Origin: Selaginella moellendorffii
Taxonomy: Eukaryota; Plantae; Lycopodiophyta
DNA: 64,000 nucleotides
Assembly (NCBI RefSeq): GCF_000143415.4
Contig: NW_003314358.1
Span: forward strand, 72,001 to 136,000
Reading direction: 5' to 3'
Every line of letters starts with the position of its first letter. Positions within the stretch are counted from its first letter, which is position 1. This document shows positions 35,408 to 47,589 of the stretch, piece by piece. The translations under genes were made by a program, and so were the position numbers. The notes beneath the pieces were generated by a model. It saw only the letters and a list, made by a program, of their open reading frames with translations, was not told where the DNA came from and made no database searches.

Positions 35408-37480
35408 ATGCCAAACACTAGGAAAGATTGGGCATGGGACTATGTTGATTGTGGAAAGAGTTATGCCTGTGGCAAAGGAGTGTTACAATGGAAATGTAAT
35501 TTTTATGATAAAAGCTATGAAGGAGGTCCCAAAAAGATTAAAGCTCATCTTGGAGCTATAAAATATGAGGGAATTGAAGCTTGTAAAGGTGTGGTGTTAA
35601 CTAATATAAAATAGAGAGCTAAGTGTCGCGAATGCAACTTCAGGTATCGAAAGTTACCTATCAACTAGTCCTTTTGGATATCCTTTCCCTATTGCTACGA
35701 CGGCAAAAGGTTAGTATTGTTGGACCCTTTATCAGTCCCTCTTGTGCTAGTGGAGTTAATTGGGCATTTCGAGTGTACTTAAACCGAATGAGCATAAGAA
35801 TGGAATTTTTACGTGCTATTACCTAAGCATACTTAGCCCGGTAAAGAATTCCTATCTTGTTATATCTTGCACTAGCTAGTGACAAGAACCCTTGCATATT
35901 GATAGTAGTTCCTCAATATCACTAGATGATATTTTACCATGTCTACCAAACACCCTTGCTATCATACCTTTTGTGTTAGTCTCATTCTGGTCCTAAATGC
36001 TATTTATGGAAAGTTTCTAGATTTGCTCATTTAGCATATCTACGGAATGTAAAGATTGTCTTACACACAATGGTGTTCATCCTATGTCTAAATTCACAAT
36101 CTAGAAACGTTCCATATTTAGTAAGTTTCAAACTTGTCCCAGAGACTAACTCTTGGTACTAAAGGAGACTTGGGGTGAAAGCCCAAAACATGGGTAGGGG
36201 TTGTAAGGGGTTCCAAATGTATAGTAGGGATAGTGGGTAGGTTGGGTATAGCTGATCAATCTGAGGCATAATCTAGCTCTTATTTGCGTGCCTATCCTTG
36301 TTCTACATCTGGCTTGAGTCTAAGCCCAAGTTCCATATCATACTAGCTAATGGAGTATCTATATCCTCACGTTAGGCCACCAATATGCTGAAATAGTGCT
36401 AGATTCCATTTGACTCTGTTTTGTATGTTGGGGGATGCTAGATGTTCTAAGATTGTTCCAAGTTGCTCTGTGCTCCTATCCTTTTGCTCCTTGGGTTGTA
36501 CACTCAAGAGTCACTCCATGCTTTGGTTCCTTTGCTCCTTGGCTCCATTCTTAGGAGTTTGGCTTCATTCTTTCATTCAATCACTCAAGGCTTTGAAACT
36601 TGGGTTTTGCACCACTATCTTTAGACATGTGGCACATTGAGGGTTTAGGTTTCACTTCATGATTATCTTATGGTAAATCACCATAGGATAAAGGGTAAAA
36701 ACTTCATGTGCACTACATAAAAAAACCTTCTCTATACTTGTAATTGTGGATGATAAGGCTCAACTAGTCTCACGGTGATCCTAGTTTTCTTGAGTTTGTA
36801 TGTGCAAGCAATGCCGAATTTGTAATGTTTTCCCAAAGTGGGAAATTGCAACAAGCATCTACTTCTCATGGCATTTCTATTGGCATAAAAGGATCTACTT
36901 CCACTGTAAGGAAGCATTCTCAAAATGGGAGTTTAGAGGAGTTTCTTGTTAAAACTTGTTAGCAGTCTTTTAAAGTCTCTATTACTATGTTCTTTTTCAC
37001 AAACAATATCTCATTCAATGTTATTTGATCTCTTTATTTCAAGAAAATGTTAAGTGATGGGATATTGGCTGGACAAAGTGGGCTTGTGAGGATGATGGGC
37101 TATGAGAAGTTGTGAATAACACAAATTCAAGTGCCAAGCACTAAATGTGGATAAAAGGCTTGCATTTGTGCATAAGTAGTGGAGTGAATATGGTTATACC
37201 ATTGTCATTGATAGTTGGTCTGATCTCAAGCACCGGTCAATGATTAACTTTATGGTTTCCTTGGTTTAAGTTCTGTATTTATCAAAGCTCTTCATGCCAA
37301 AACAAATGAGAAAACTAGAAAATGGCTTTGGTACCAACTTCAGCCAGTGATTGTGGAAGTCGACATGGATAATGTTGTTCAAGTTGTCACTCATAATGCA
37401 TTGAATTGCATAGCCATAAGAATTGAGATGAGGAAGGAGTTTCCTCAAATTTTACATGGTCAATGTGTTTGTTATGTGCT
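35408..37480 (+). mobile_element. Degenerate hAT transposase (BED finger and DUF659-like region) interrupted by an LTR
   Basis: DWAWDYV..WKCNFYDKSYEGGPKKIKAHL..IEACKGV, then FFTNNISFNV and WSEYGYTIVIDSWSDLKHRSMINFMV. Confidence 0.7.
35624..36960 (+). mobile_element. Probable type B LTR inserted in the hAT remnant
   Basis: Begins TG right after the BED region. 36170-36700 matches 1-560. No TSD found and the right end is approximate. Confidence 0.5.
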
Positions 37481-37559
37481 AGATACATGTTATGTTGAAA
37501 TTACTCTGTTTCTTTAGGGTTTCTTTAGGTTTTATTTTCTCATAGCCATACGATCTCCA

Positions 37560-38300
37560 CCAATTAATAGGGTACTTTCTTTTGTTATGGCTTTGTGCAA
37601 GAGGTTTTGCCATAGCTTTCCCTTATTTACCTTTAAACATGTTAAACTACTCACCAAGTTTACTTTCTAGCTCAAAATCTCCCTTAATGTACAAAGTCAT
37701 GTATTCTTGCCAATTTGTGTGTGCCTCTCTATCGAAAGGAGTATTTAGAAAAGCTGGATTCAAAGCATATTTTGCACCATGCAAGATACTATACATCATA
37801 TACTATTGACCTTCGCCTTCAATCTCTTTATTAATAATGAAGTTCATGATCATGTTTACTTTTGTAGCAATCTCTTTTAGTTTTGCTGCCTCCACAAATC
37901 CTTCCATCATTCTTTCCATTGCTTTGAAAATCAGGCCAGAAGTAGCTCCCTCCCTATTACGTAGCACCTTTAAGATCAGAGCTGTCATAATTAGAAGCTC
38001 CTGACATTCAGTCCAAAAAGTTCCCAACAGAATCAACATAGAAATGTCACTACCTTTACTATATGATGACCATTTTAAAGCTCCCACTCTTAACTTACAA
38101 CCATCTGTCTCAAGCCTCCCATAACTTCAGCATCTAAAAGTTGGCTCATGACAATAAACATGTAGGCAAAATGAGTTTGAGTTTGTCACAATAGCTCCTT
38201 AGGGCTAAACTTTCAATAAATTGCAAGAAGCATTGGCTTTTTCACAATGAAAGTAACAATCTTCTCGCATGAAGACATGAGAGGAGCCACTTAGTGAAGC
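37560..38300 (-). mobile_element. Second hAT transposase fragment
   Basis: FWTECQELL..ILKVLR..GLIFKAMERM and LHGAKYALNPAF motifs. Confidence 0.6.
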
Positions 38301-39876
38301 TTTCCAATATCCTTCAAGAGCAAAAACATATTACACACCAAACTCAAACCACAATCCACTCACACACCACTCAATCTTCTTCCTTTATCACCTCTTCATC
38401 ATGGTCCTTTTCTTTCTCTTTTCTTCTTCTTCTTCCTCCTCTTCTTTTCTTTCCTCTTCCTTTTCTTCATTGTTATCCTATATTTAGCTTGTCAATCTCC
38501 AACATTTTTATCTCATCTTTCTCTAAGCAATTTAGAAGCTTTGTATTTGCCTTGATATGCATAAGCCTCTTTAGATTGGCAGAAAGAAGATGATTTCTTG
38601 CCTTGGATTGGATTGAGTTACAAGTACTCCAATTCCTCTCAGAAAAAACATTCAAGCATTCGGAGAAAATTATAAACATTTGTAAACACGTTTGACATTG
38701 TTCAGATTCATTATTTAGAATGTTTGGTGACAACCTTGGTGACAGTATATTCAAATCTCATCCCATGATCACATGCATTATAGCTAAAAAGTTCCTTTAA
38801 AACTAAGTCTTTAACTTTACTATCCTTACTATACTTTTGGAACCCCCTATAGGCCCCCCTCCCCCCTAGGAGAGGATGGCTTTGGGCTTTTAATTATAAC
38901 TTATATTATTATTTAGACTCAATCTCATACTTGACCTTGGATCTCAAATTTGATCTCATATGATGAACTCTTTATTGTTCTAGTTGTGATTTTTGGGATC
39001 CTTATGACACCGCAAGGAGTCAATTCCTTAAAACTAATGTAAGCTCCTAAATTTAAACTTCCCGAGAGATCAACCAACCAAGTATTATTCAAACCCAAAA
39101 ACATTTATATCCTTAGACCCTTAATCAATTGGAAAAGGGGGTGCATTCTTATTCATGAGCATTTTCCTTCTATATTTAAACCCCTATAAATCATTTTTTA
39201 ATTAGTTCTCTTTAGTTACTTACACCTTTTATATTGAGTATAGATAATAACTTTAGTTTTAAAAGCTAATGAATCCTAATTGCACATTTGGATTTGTATG
39301 AACTCATAATGTAATGTGTTATATTATTTCTAATCTAGTTTAAATAGCTTAGTGAAGTAAGATGCCTTGCTTTGCTTTATACTTCTGAATTTTGAACTAT
39401 GGGTAAAAGCACTACTTCATCTAATTCCTGTGCAAGGAAGTGATGGTAAAGAGAATTGGTCACCTTACTAATGTTACTTGCAGCCATGGATATATGCAAA
39501 CATGTAGAGAGAAGTATTAGGTTTGTGTTCAGCAATTGAAGACGTGGAAAATAGAAGAGAAACATGAGTGGAATTTAAAACAAGTAGCAATGCAACAAAT
39601 AGAGGTTGTCTTTAACCTAAAAGACTAAAAGTAAAAGAAGTAATAATCCCACAATTCTGCTTCTGCAAGAAGTTAGACACACTTATTTACAAATAATAAT
39701 ATTTTATATTGGTTTAATCTTAGCTTATTATATTGCTTAATAATAAAACTTAGTTAATTCTCTTACATTAAAACAATTTTTTTTACTAGATTAAACTAAT
39801 AAATTCCTCAAAAACAGTATTTCTAAGTATTTAAATAAAAATACCAAATAAAGTTTTTAAATATTAGATATTTAAT

Positions 39877-40770
39877 ATGAATTATTATATATTTCTATTT
39901 TCGCTATTCTTGAGCATTAGTACAGTTTTAAACTCTTATACATATAATGGCCCAAATGCCATGGAAATTGATAGTATTGATTTAATTTTATATGCAATGG
40001 AATTAATGATTAATAATATCTCTTCAGAACCTTTACCTAAAGGTCAAGGTATGCAATTTGAATATACTATACAAGATAACACTCATGGTCTATTAACTAT
40101 TACAAATCAACTATGGGTTTACGATTCCAAGGGAAAAAAATTTGATACATGTGCTTTAAGTCCAAATGATTATGAACAAGATCATGGTGATAATGTTAAA
40201 TATCGTTTAAATTATATATTAAATTTATATCGTTATGATATAAGAAGATTACGTGCAAATTATTTTCGAGCTGTCATTGGTTTTTATTGTGTTGAATATC
40301 TTTTAAAGAATTTTCGACAAAATTTACTATATCAATATCAAAATATCAATAAATTAGATACATTGACTGATTGTGAAATAAAAATAACAACACTAATTAG
40401 TAATATGCCAGCTAATGCTCTTAGGCCTACCCAATTTTTAACATCACCAAATAAAAAAGCTTTATTATATTTGCATTTTAATTGTATTTTATCATTATAT
40501 ATACAAAATGTTTTAAAATGGTATAAAGGGTTTCAAAGTTATAAAAATTGTTTATTTGTTATAGAAGATGATGGTCATATAGTGTTATATTCTGAAAATA
40601 AATATATAGTTTGGTCTCCTAAAATTAATTTTGATGAATCTCATAGTTATTTTATAAGATTTCTTTCACTTCAAGATGACTGTAATTTAGTTCTTTATGA
40701 ATCTCATCAAAAAGTTTTTTCAAGGCATCCAGTAATTAAACCAAAATGGGATTCACAAACATATTGCTAA
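39877..40770 (+). CDS. Secreted protein with a C-terminal bulb-type (GNA-like) mannose-binding lectin domain and an unassigned N-terminal domain
   Basis: Uninterrupted 297-codon ORF in very AT-rich DNA. Signal peptide. LQDDCNLVLY fits QxDxNxVxY, with degenerate site IEDDGHIVLY and terminal WDSQT. Confidence 0.75.
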   Translation: MNYYIFLFSLFLSISTVLNSYTYNGPNAMEIDSIDLILYAMELMINNISSEPLPKGQGMQFEYTIQDNTHGLLTITNQLWVYDSKGKKFDTCALSPNDYEQDHGDNVKYRLNYILNLYRYDIRRLRANYFRAVIGFYCVEYLLKNFRQNLLYQYQNINKLDTLTDCEIKITTLISNMPANALRPTQFLTSPNKKALLYLHFNCILSLYIQNVLKWYKGFQSYKNCLFVIEDDGHIVLYSENKYIVWSPKINFDESHSYFIRFLSLQDDCNLVLYESHQKVFSRHPVIKPKWDSQTYC

Positions 40771-40885
40771 TATTGTTATTTTCATAGTATATATTAATTT
40801 AGTTTTTGAAAAATTATTATAGATTAATATCAATATATATTTTTATTTAATATTTATAATTAATTATAATTAATAATATTCTCTC

Positions 40886-40933
40886 TGTGAGGTCCAAGTA
40901 TACGGTATCATAGCCGTACACTTGGACCTCACA
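40886..40933. repeat. Inverted repeat hairpin, 20-bp stem and 8-nt loop
   Basis: TGTGAGGTCCAAGTATACGG tatcatag CCGTACACTTGGACCTCACA, one mismatch. Confidence 0.9.
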
Positions 40934-42779
40934 TTTCTATTATTTCTAAAATAGTCTATGTTATCTTTAAACTTTTCTTTTCAAGTAATTCCATTTGGAG
41001 TATAAGTATATTAAATTAACACATTTTATATGTAATTTTTTATAGTATTTTTTATATAATACGAAGTAAGCTAGAATAATATATATTTAATTTTAAAAGT
41101 ATTTCTAAAATAAATATTTTAATGAATAATTACAAAAAATTGTATTGCAGCAACATTTGGTTTGCCTGATTGTCTACTATTGTATCTAAATTTTCTAGAT
41201 ATTATGTATCTAATTTTTTTTTATATAATTTTAGTTTTAATATTTTTTATCACATTTTGTCTATTATTATTTTCATCAATCTTAAACGTACTATATTTGG
41301 TATAGTTTTGAGTATAACTAAAACATGTGCTTTCTTTCTTTTGTGCTTGCTTCTTGCAATGTTGGTGTTGTAGTTTGCACATTTTTTCTCCATGGCCGTA
41401 TATGGTCAAAACTTGAGTTGTTTCAAGAATATATATAGTGCATGAGCTCTTTCTGAATAATATATCTCATGCCTCTGCTCACTAAAAAGCATCTCTCAAG
41501 ACAGATTTTGGCAATTGAGGCCTTTAGCCCCAGTCTGCATGATAGTTTCCTGCAAGTAGGCATGAATGAAAAACTTTTGTAAGTTCCACTTCTTGGGACC
41601 AAGAAACTCACATCTCGAATTTATTAGAATTTACATGAATGATTCAAGGAAAACAAAGAAGAAAGACTTATCATCTTATCCACAACAAAAATCTTTAGGA
41701 TCTAATTGTGAATTCTAGCAGCAGGAGCAATAGCAACAGCAATTGTCCTTTGGCTTGGACTCGCCAATCATTTACTAATTGCTGACATGGCAAAGAAGCT
41801 ATATGAAGATGCATTTCTCAACTCCTACTCAGTGTCTAAAACCATCTTAGATTTCCTACTGCAACATGAATTACATACTGTGTGTGAGAAGGCCAAGCCA
41901 GCTTTCTATTTCTTCCAGATTGGCCATGATCTTTAGTCTCTCTGAAACAATTGCCTTTCCAACAAGGCCTCTGATCTTCTCCTATTCATCAAGATGAGTT
42001 TTTCACATGCACTTATAAAACAAGTCACTTGCAGATTGAGCAATCAGCTTGTTGAAGATTGCACGGGCTTGTGTGACAGACATGTGGCCAAGAGTAATGA
42101 CAACTCCAACATGATTAAGTTTCCTTGAACATCCACACCAGAGATTGAAATCCCAGGGAAAAAGTAGCTAGCAAGAAATTATCAACACAAGAAACAATAT
42201 ACAAGATCTATTGATGACACCAAATATCTCGGCCGTGTTCTGGACTTGCTCTTTACCAGGGTGATATCCTGGTCAGTGAACGCTCTTCAGGGTGTGGCCT
42301 ATTGCCATTTTGCTTTCTAGGGGACACCAACTTGGTTTGGACAACCATGAGGGCTCAACTTCTTACTCGCAGGAGTACCTTGCAGTAGGCAGCATGGCTG
42401 ATGTATTCTCTCCTAGTGCCACACACCCTTTTGGTTCCTCGTGTGAGTGTAGGTCACTCATCCGTATCCAACTGAAAAGTTGGTTTGTGGTATTTCGAAT
42501 TCCGGATGCCCAAGTGAATCTAGCCATTTGCTGGGTGCAGAAGCAAGAGCTACCAGATGACAAACAAAAATTCTGAGGGCACGCAGCTTTAAGGATTGTG
42601 GGGAGCTCACGAAGAACAGGCGAGATAATTTTCGTAAGAAAGGAAGATCTTGTTTATTTGTTTCTCTTTCACTTCCATTCTCGTATGCTATGCAAGACTT
42701 TAGACCCATGCCACCAATCTCTGGACAAGACGGAAAAAGGCAGCGTCCGCGCGGCCGAGGTACCTAACAGAAATATCGA

Positions 42780-43300
42780 CATGAGGAACTGCTTACATAG
42801 GGGTTTGCTAATGCCGATTACTTGGTGACAAGGAAAACGGGAAATGTCCCAACTAATGGCTATTACAACTTGTAAAGCTGCTGCTACAAAAGAAGCTCTT
42901 TGGCCTAGAAGGCTTCTTGAGGACCTAGGAGAGACATAACAAGCACCAACTCGACTTCTCAACAACAATACAACTTGTGTCCAGCTAGCCCACAATCCAG
43001 TTCTCCATGGGACACTTAAGCACATTGACGCTCGCTTCCACATGATCCGGGATCACATTGCAAGGAGACAAGTGTGAAGGCAGGGTAGCAAACATTCTCA
43101 CCAAGCCCCTAGACAAATAAAAAATGCTAGGCATGGAACCAGGTCAGATTTGAGGAAGAGCTCTCGGCTGAGGGGGAGTGTTGGGACAGCTGAGTCCTTT
43201 GAGCAGTCAAGGGGAGGTGAGCAAAGTGATTAAGAGACGTGCATCGGTTATGATCAAGGAGGGGTTAAAGAGCCGTTCTTTCTCTAGATAAATACCCTCG
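42780..43300 (+). mobile_element. Ty1/Copia RNase H end, PPT and LTR start
   Basis: VQLAHNPVLHGTLKHIDARFHMIRDHI, then GAGGGGGAG followed by TGTTGGGACAGC at ~43171-43190. Confidence 0.75.
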
Positions 43301-44017
43301 TATCCAGTTTATGCATTCATAAGTTTCTCAAGTTTTGCGTCATATGTCACATGCTCAGTGTGACTTGTGGCATTTGCAACAGAGGAAAGGGGATGAGTAT
43401 ATCAATAGTGTTTGGCCAAGTTCTAAGTGACTATATGAAGGAGGTGGAGAAGGATAGGATTACTTCCTGGACTGTTTACGTAATCTCAACATGTACAAGC
43501 TTATAAAGTCTACCCAAGCTTCTGGAGGAATTGTTCACAGATGCTCAAGCACTTGAGGATGATAAGTCACGAGAGCAGTAGCCTAATCACCAAGAAGTGT
43601 CAGCACAGCACAATAGGAGTCCTTCCAATCCTGGACAGAGATCCCAGTAAGGTGGCAGACCTCCAGTGAGAATGAGGTAGTAGGCAGCTAGGAAAATTCG
43701 GAGACTGAGACGAGCCTCCCGTGTATGGATAGCATCTCAGATCGAAGTGTGAATGAGATTCCCAGCATAGGTCCCGGGTGCATGCGTCACGAAGAGACTT
43801 TGGTCGCCATCTTCCCTGAAGAACTGTCACTCAAGGGCGGAGAATCATATGGAGAATCACACTCACATTCTTTCGTAAGAAACTCTTTTCCCAGGAAAAA
43901 ACTAAAAGCCCCTTCTCGATATCGAACCCAGGACTACTGGAATTTAAATTGGGGCATATTCTATGTCTACCGGGATCAATCGTTTCGGCAGTTGGACGAA
44001 GCTATGGCGACCAAGAC

Positions 44018-45062
44018 ATGGCCGATTCCGACGCTCCATGGCCGCTGCTACGCCACGATGCCCCCGCCATTGCCTGGTATCGATCCAATCAATCCATTTC
44101 TCCCCGCCCTGATCGATTTTCTCTCTCGCTTTTCGCGGGCAAAGCTCTTTGGCGGCGGAGATCGAGAGCAACACATGTCCCATTTGCTTCGAGCTCATGA
44201 AATCGCCCACGTACTCGCCCATCCTGCTCTACCCGTGCGGCCACACCTTCTGCGCAAAGGTTTGCACCAATCGGATCATCAATGGCGATCTTCTCGTTCT
44301 TCGTCTTGGGCAGTGCCTTGAGATCCACACGGTGACGAACCGCAAGAAGACGTGCCCGTATTGCCGGCAGAGGATCGTCTCGCAGGCGCTCAACCTGTCG
44401 CTGCAGAAGCTCATCAATAACTTCGTCGCGCTGCAGAAGAATCCCGCCCCGGCCCACCAAAGTTTTGATCCCGGTGCTCAATCGCAGTATGGCGAGAAGC
44501 TGCGGCAAGCTGAGACTCGCAGCAGGATCTTGCAGTGCGCTCTGGCCAACAGCGTCGAAGCCAAGGCCGTGAGACGATGCTTGCTCCAGGGCCTCCGTGC
44601 TCTTCCTTTTTGACTCTTCTTTCGCTTTCTTCTCCAGAAGCTCGCCAGAGACATTGCCGACGCGCAGAGAAAGGTGGTGCAGCTGGAAAGCCGAGAGCAA
44701 GAGACAAAAGTTCGTCTTGAGAAGGTACTTCGAATGGGAAAAATGAAAAAGATGAAAGGTAAAGATGAGAGTAGTGAAAATACCTCCAGGTGAATCTCGA
44801 GTATCACCGGGTGCTGTCTGAGATGCGAGAGAATCAAGACAATCTAGCGACACTCCAGAAATACCAAGACGAGGAGACTGCCAAAGTGAATCTCATCCAG
44901 GAAACGCTCAAGAACCTCCGCAAGGTACCTGGAAAGAAAAAAAGAGTGAGAAAACGGAGATCTTTCCATGAAGCAATTACCAGTAAATGATATCCCAACA
45001 CTCTTTGCGTGTTTGACGATTTCCAGGAATGCGAAAAGCTTAAGCTGTTTATATCAGTGTGA
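44018..45062 (+). CDS. RING-HC (C3HC4) E3 ligase-like protein with coiled coil, multi-exon
   Basis: CPICFELM..PCGHTFCAK|CLEIH..CPYCR, with short GT-AG introns restoring the frame. Inferred last exon ECEKLKLFISV*. Start and end are inferred. Confidence 0.8.
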
Positions 45063-45439
45063 CCAGCACCGGCACCGCCAACGTATCAATAGAAATGTCG
45101 TGAAGAGAAGAAAAGAATTTTCATTTTTTGCCCCGCATGGCAGCTGCGATGTACAGATCCTTGTCTAAAGTTTTTCTCGATTCAATGCAAGCCTTGCCTT
45201 TCGTGTTGCTGATAAAACAAAGACCAAACGAAATAATCAAAACAGAGAAACTAAATCCAAGCTTTCTTAGTACCTGCCATTCAAACCGCGTGACTAGTGA
45301 TTTCTCCAATGACAAAAGCCACAGTCCCATCCCTTTACCTATTAGGTGAAACTTCTCTATAACAATCAAGACAACGTTAGAACGACAAACTACAGGAAAG
45401 GATTCTTCTCTCAGTCTCTCGGTCCAGGAGTATCTCCTC

Positions 45440-46073
45440 ATGGAAGACGCGGTAGCTCCACAAGCACAAGCTTCCCCGCCACTGCCACCACAGGTCTTGG
45501 TGTTAATCAAGGAAGAGTCTCTTCACCACGAGAACGAGAGAAGCCCGAAAGAGAGCGCTGAAAGTTCTTCCCCCGTTGTTGTAATTATCACTGTCCAAGA
45601 GCAGCAGCCGTCGTGTTCCTACGATTCCTCCAAGCCCCAAGAGATAGCCACAGCAGCAAGCTCGGCCCAGCAGCAGCACAATCACGAACTGGTGTGTAGA
45701 GTCTGCCAGTTGGGATCCCCGGAAGTTCGTGGCGAGCTCATGGAGCTGGCTTGCGTGTGCAAAGATGATCTAGCAGTTGCCCATCGTCGGTGCGCGGAGG
45801 CCTGGTTTCAAATCCGAGGGAACAGGTTCGTAAACCAAACACGTCTTGATTGAGCAGGAAAAGAAAAACGAACCTGGATGATGCAGGAGGTGTGAGATAT
45901 GCGGGAAGATCGTCACCAACATCACGGTCAAACGGGGAATGTGGAGCCGCGTGACCCGTATAATTAACCCCGAGGTAGAGCCCAGCCGGCATCCACATTG
46001 CAACGTTTTGGTAACGCTCTTCACAATGGCGATCCTGCTACCGCTCTTTGTCCGGCTAGCTATCTATAGATGA
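45440..46073 (+). CDS. RING-CH (RINGv, C4HC3) protein with C-terminal hydrophobic segment
   Basis: CRVC..LACVCKDDLAVAHRRCAEAWFQIRGNR|RCEIC. Intron 45826-45886, TGA at 46071-46073. Confidence 0.88.
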
Positions 46074-46271
46074 AGAGGATTTCTGAAGAAGCAAATAGTC
46101 AGTTTCACGAAAACAAAAATGACGAAAGAGAAAGAAGCTCTTCACCTGGAATGCTGACGACTCCACACTGCAAGTATCAGGCAACAGAGAGAAAGGAGAG
46201 AGAACAAACTGGGACACTCGCGATGTTATTGAATAGAGAAGCCAGAGGTTCACGAAACATGTAGCTTGATA

Positions 46272-46505
46272 CTATGTCTTCTCCTCGGTCGGTTTCTTTC
46301 CCGAAAGCTTATCATGTAACCAATCCCACGGCTGTAAAATACCAGAAGCGAAATATAAGAGAACTTTAAACGGCAAAAAGCAAGCGTTACGAACCTGAAT
46401 AAGCCAGATTCCAGTCATAACAGTGGTAGCGCTCCATTGCACGGCAGACTTATACTCTTCACCCCTTGCCTTGGCTGTTGGACTAAGCCATTGAAGCGGA
46501 TTCAT
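46272..46505 (-). CDS. QCR10: Cytochrome bc1 complex small subunit (QCR10/UQCR11-like), copy 1
   Basis: SAVQWSATTVMTGIWLIQ|PWDWLHDKL matches the plant W....GAIWxxQPFxW motif. Intron 46332-46394. Confidence 0.8.
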   Translation of the reverse strand: MNPLQWLSPTAKARGEEYKSAVQWSATTVMTGIWLIQVRNACFLPFKVLLYFASGILQPWDWLHDKLSGKKPTEEKT

Positions 46506-46750
46506 GCGGAGGAATTTGGCGGGTTTTTGAGACATCTCCAACGCTGTAAAACAAGCACGAAACCAGGCAAGCACAAGCGTCGGAAGAAAACCAAGAGGTT
46601 TTTCACAGGCGCCACCCTTCGCTTACGTGGCAGGAGAAAAACTGCGTATCAAAACTAAACAGGAAAATAAAAACTCAGTCCCATGTTATTCAAGAAAAAA
46701 AATTGAAAACGAATGCTTATGGACGAGTTTTGTAGGTAGATGATAGAGTC

Positions 46751-47320
46751 TTAAGATCCAGCGGCTTGTCCCTCAGCAGGTTGCCTGGAAAATTTCTCCT
46801 TCAACCAGTCATACGGCTGCGAATGCGAGAAGCCAAGTTAGCGAGAAGTATTGAAACCAAAAACTCAATCACGAAAGCATGCAATGACTCTTTGATCATC
46901 AACAACTTAAGAAAAATAAGAGCAGACAAAAAAGAAAATGTAAAGATAAACCACAAGAATTCGCAATCTCGAAAGCATGCAATGCAGCACAAGAGGATTC
47001 TCTGAACAGCTTTAAGAAAAATAACGAAGAAGCGAGTAGAAAAAAGAAAATGTAGAGATACAACTACAATGCGAAACAAATGCTCCAAGAATTCGCAATC
47101 ACGAAAGCATGCAATGCAGCACAAGAGGTAACCATTCTTTGATCATCAAGCAACTTAAGAAAAACAACGAGCACAAAAAAGAAAGAGAGAAATGTAAAGA
47201 ACGTACCTGGATCAGCCAAAAGCCAGTGACAAGGAAAGTAGTCCCCCAGCTCATTACCGCTGCGAGCTCCGTTCTACTCATCTTCGCCGTTGGGGACAGC
47301 ACAGCCGAAACCCGCGGCAT
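46751..47320 (-). CDS. QCR10: Cytochrome bc1 complex small subunit (QCR10/UQCR11-like), copy 2
   Basis: AVMSWGTTFLVTGFWLIQ|PYDWLKEKF, same intron position. Intron ~46817-47206. Confidence 0.8.
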
Positions 47321-47589
47321 CGTCGCAATGCTCCTCGCGAAAACCCTGGAAAACGCTCAAGCGCCTCAGACAAATCCTTCCTCTCATCCGATCTCGTCCA
47401 GATCGTCCGCGAAGAATCAAGAGAACGCACCTCTTCTCAACGGCGCCGGCGCCCTCGCCTCCCGAGCACAAAGGGCAAAATAAAAATATGCCCTCGAGAT
47501 ATTCCCTCCAGGTCATGTTTATCTAGCTACGTCACCAGTACACCTCAGCTTAATTTCACCCACGTCGGATTTTAGGGTTTATCGTCGCC

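Noticed and set aside
41430-42130. Possible PPR remnant on the minus strand
   Set aside because: Only one short motif-like stretch (QARAIFNKL), too weak to call.
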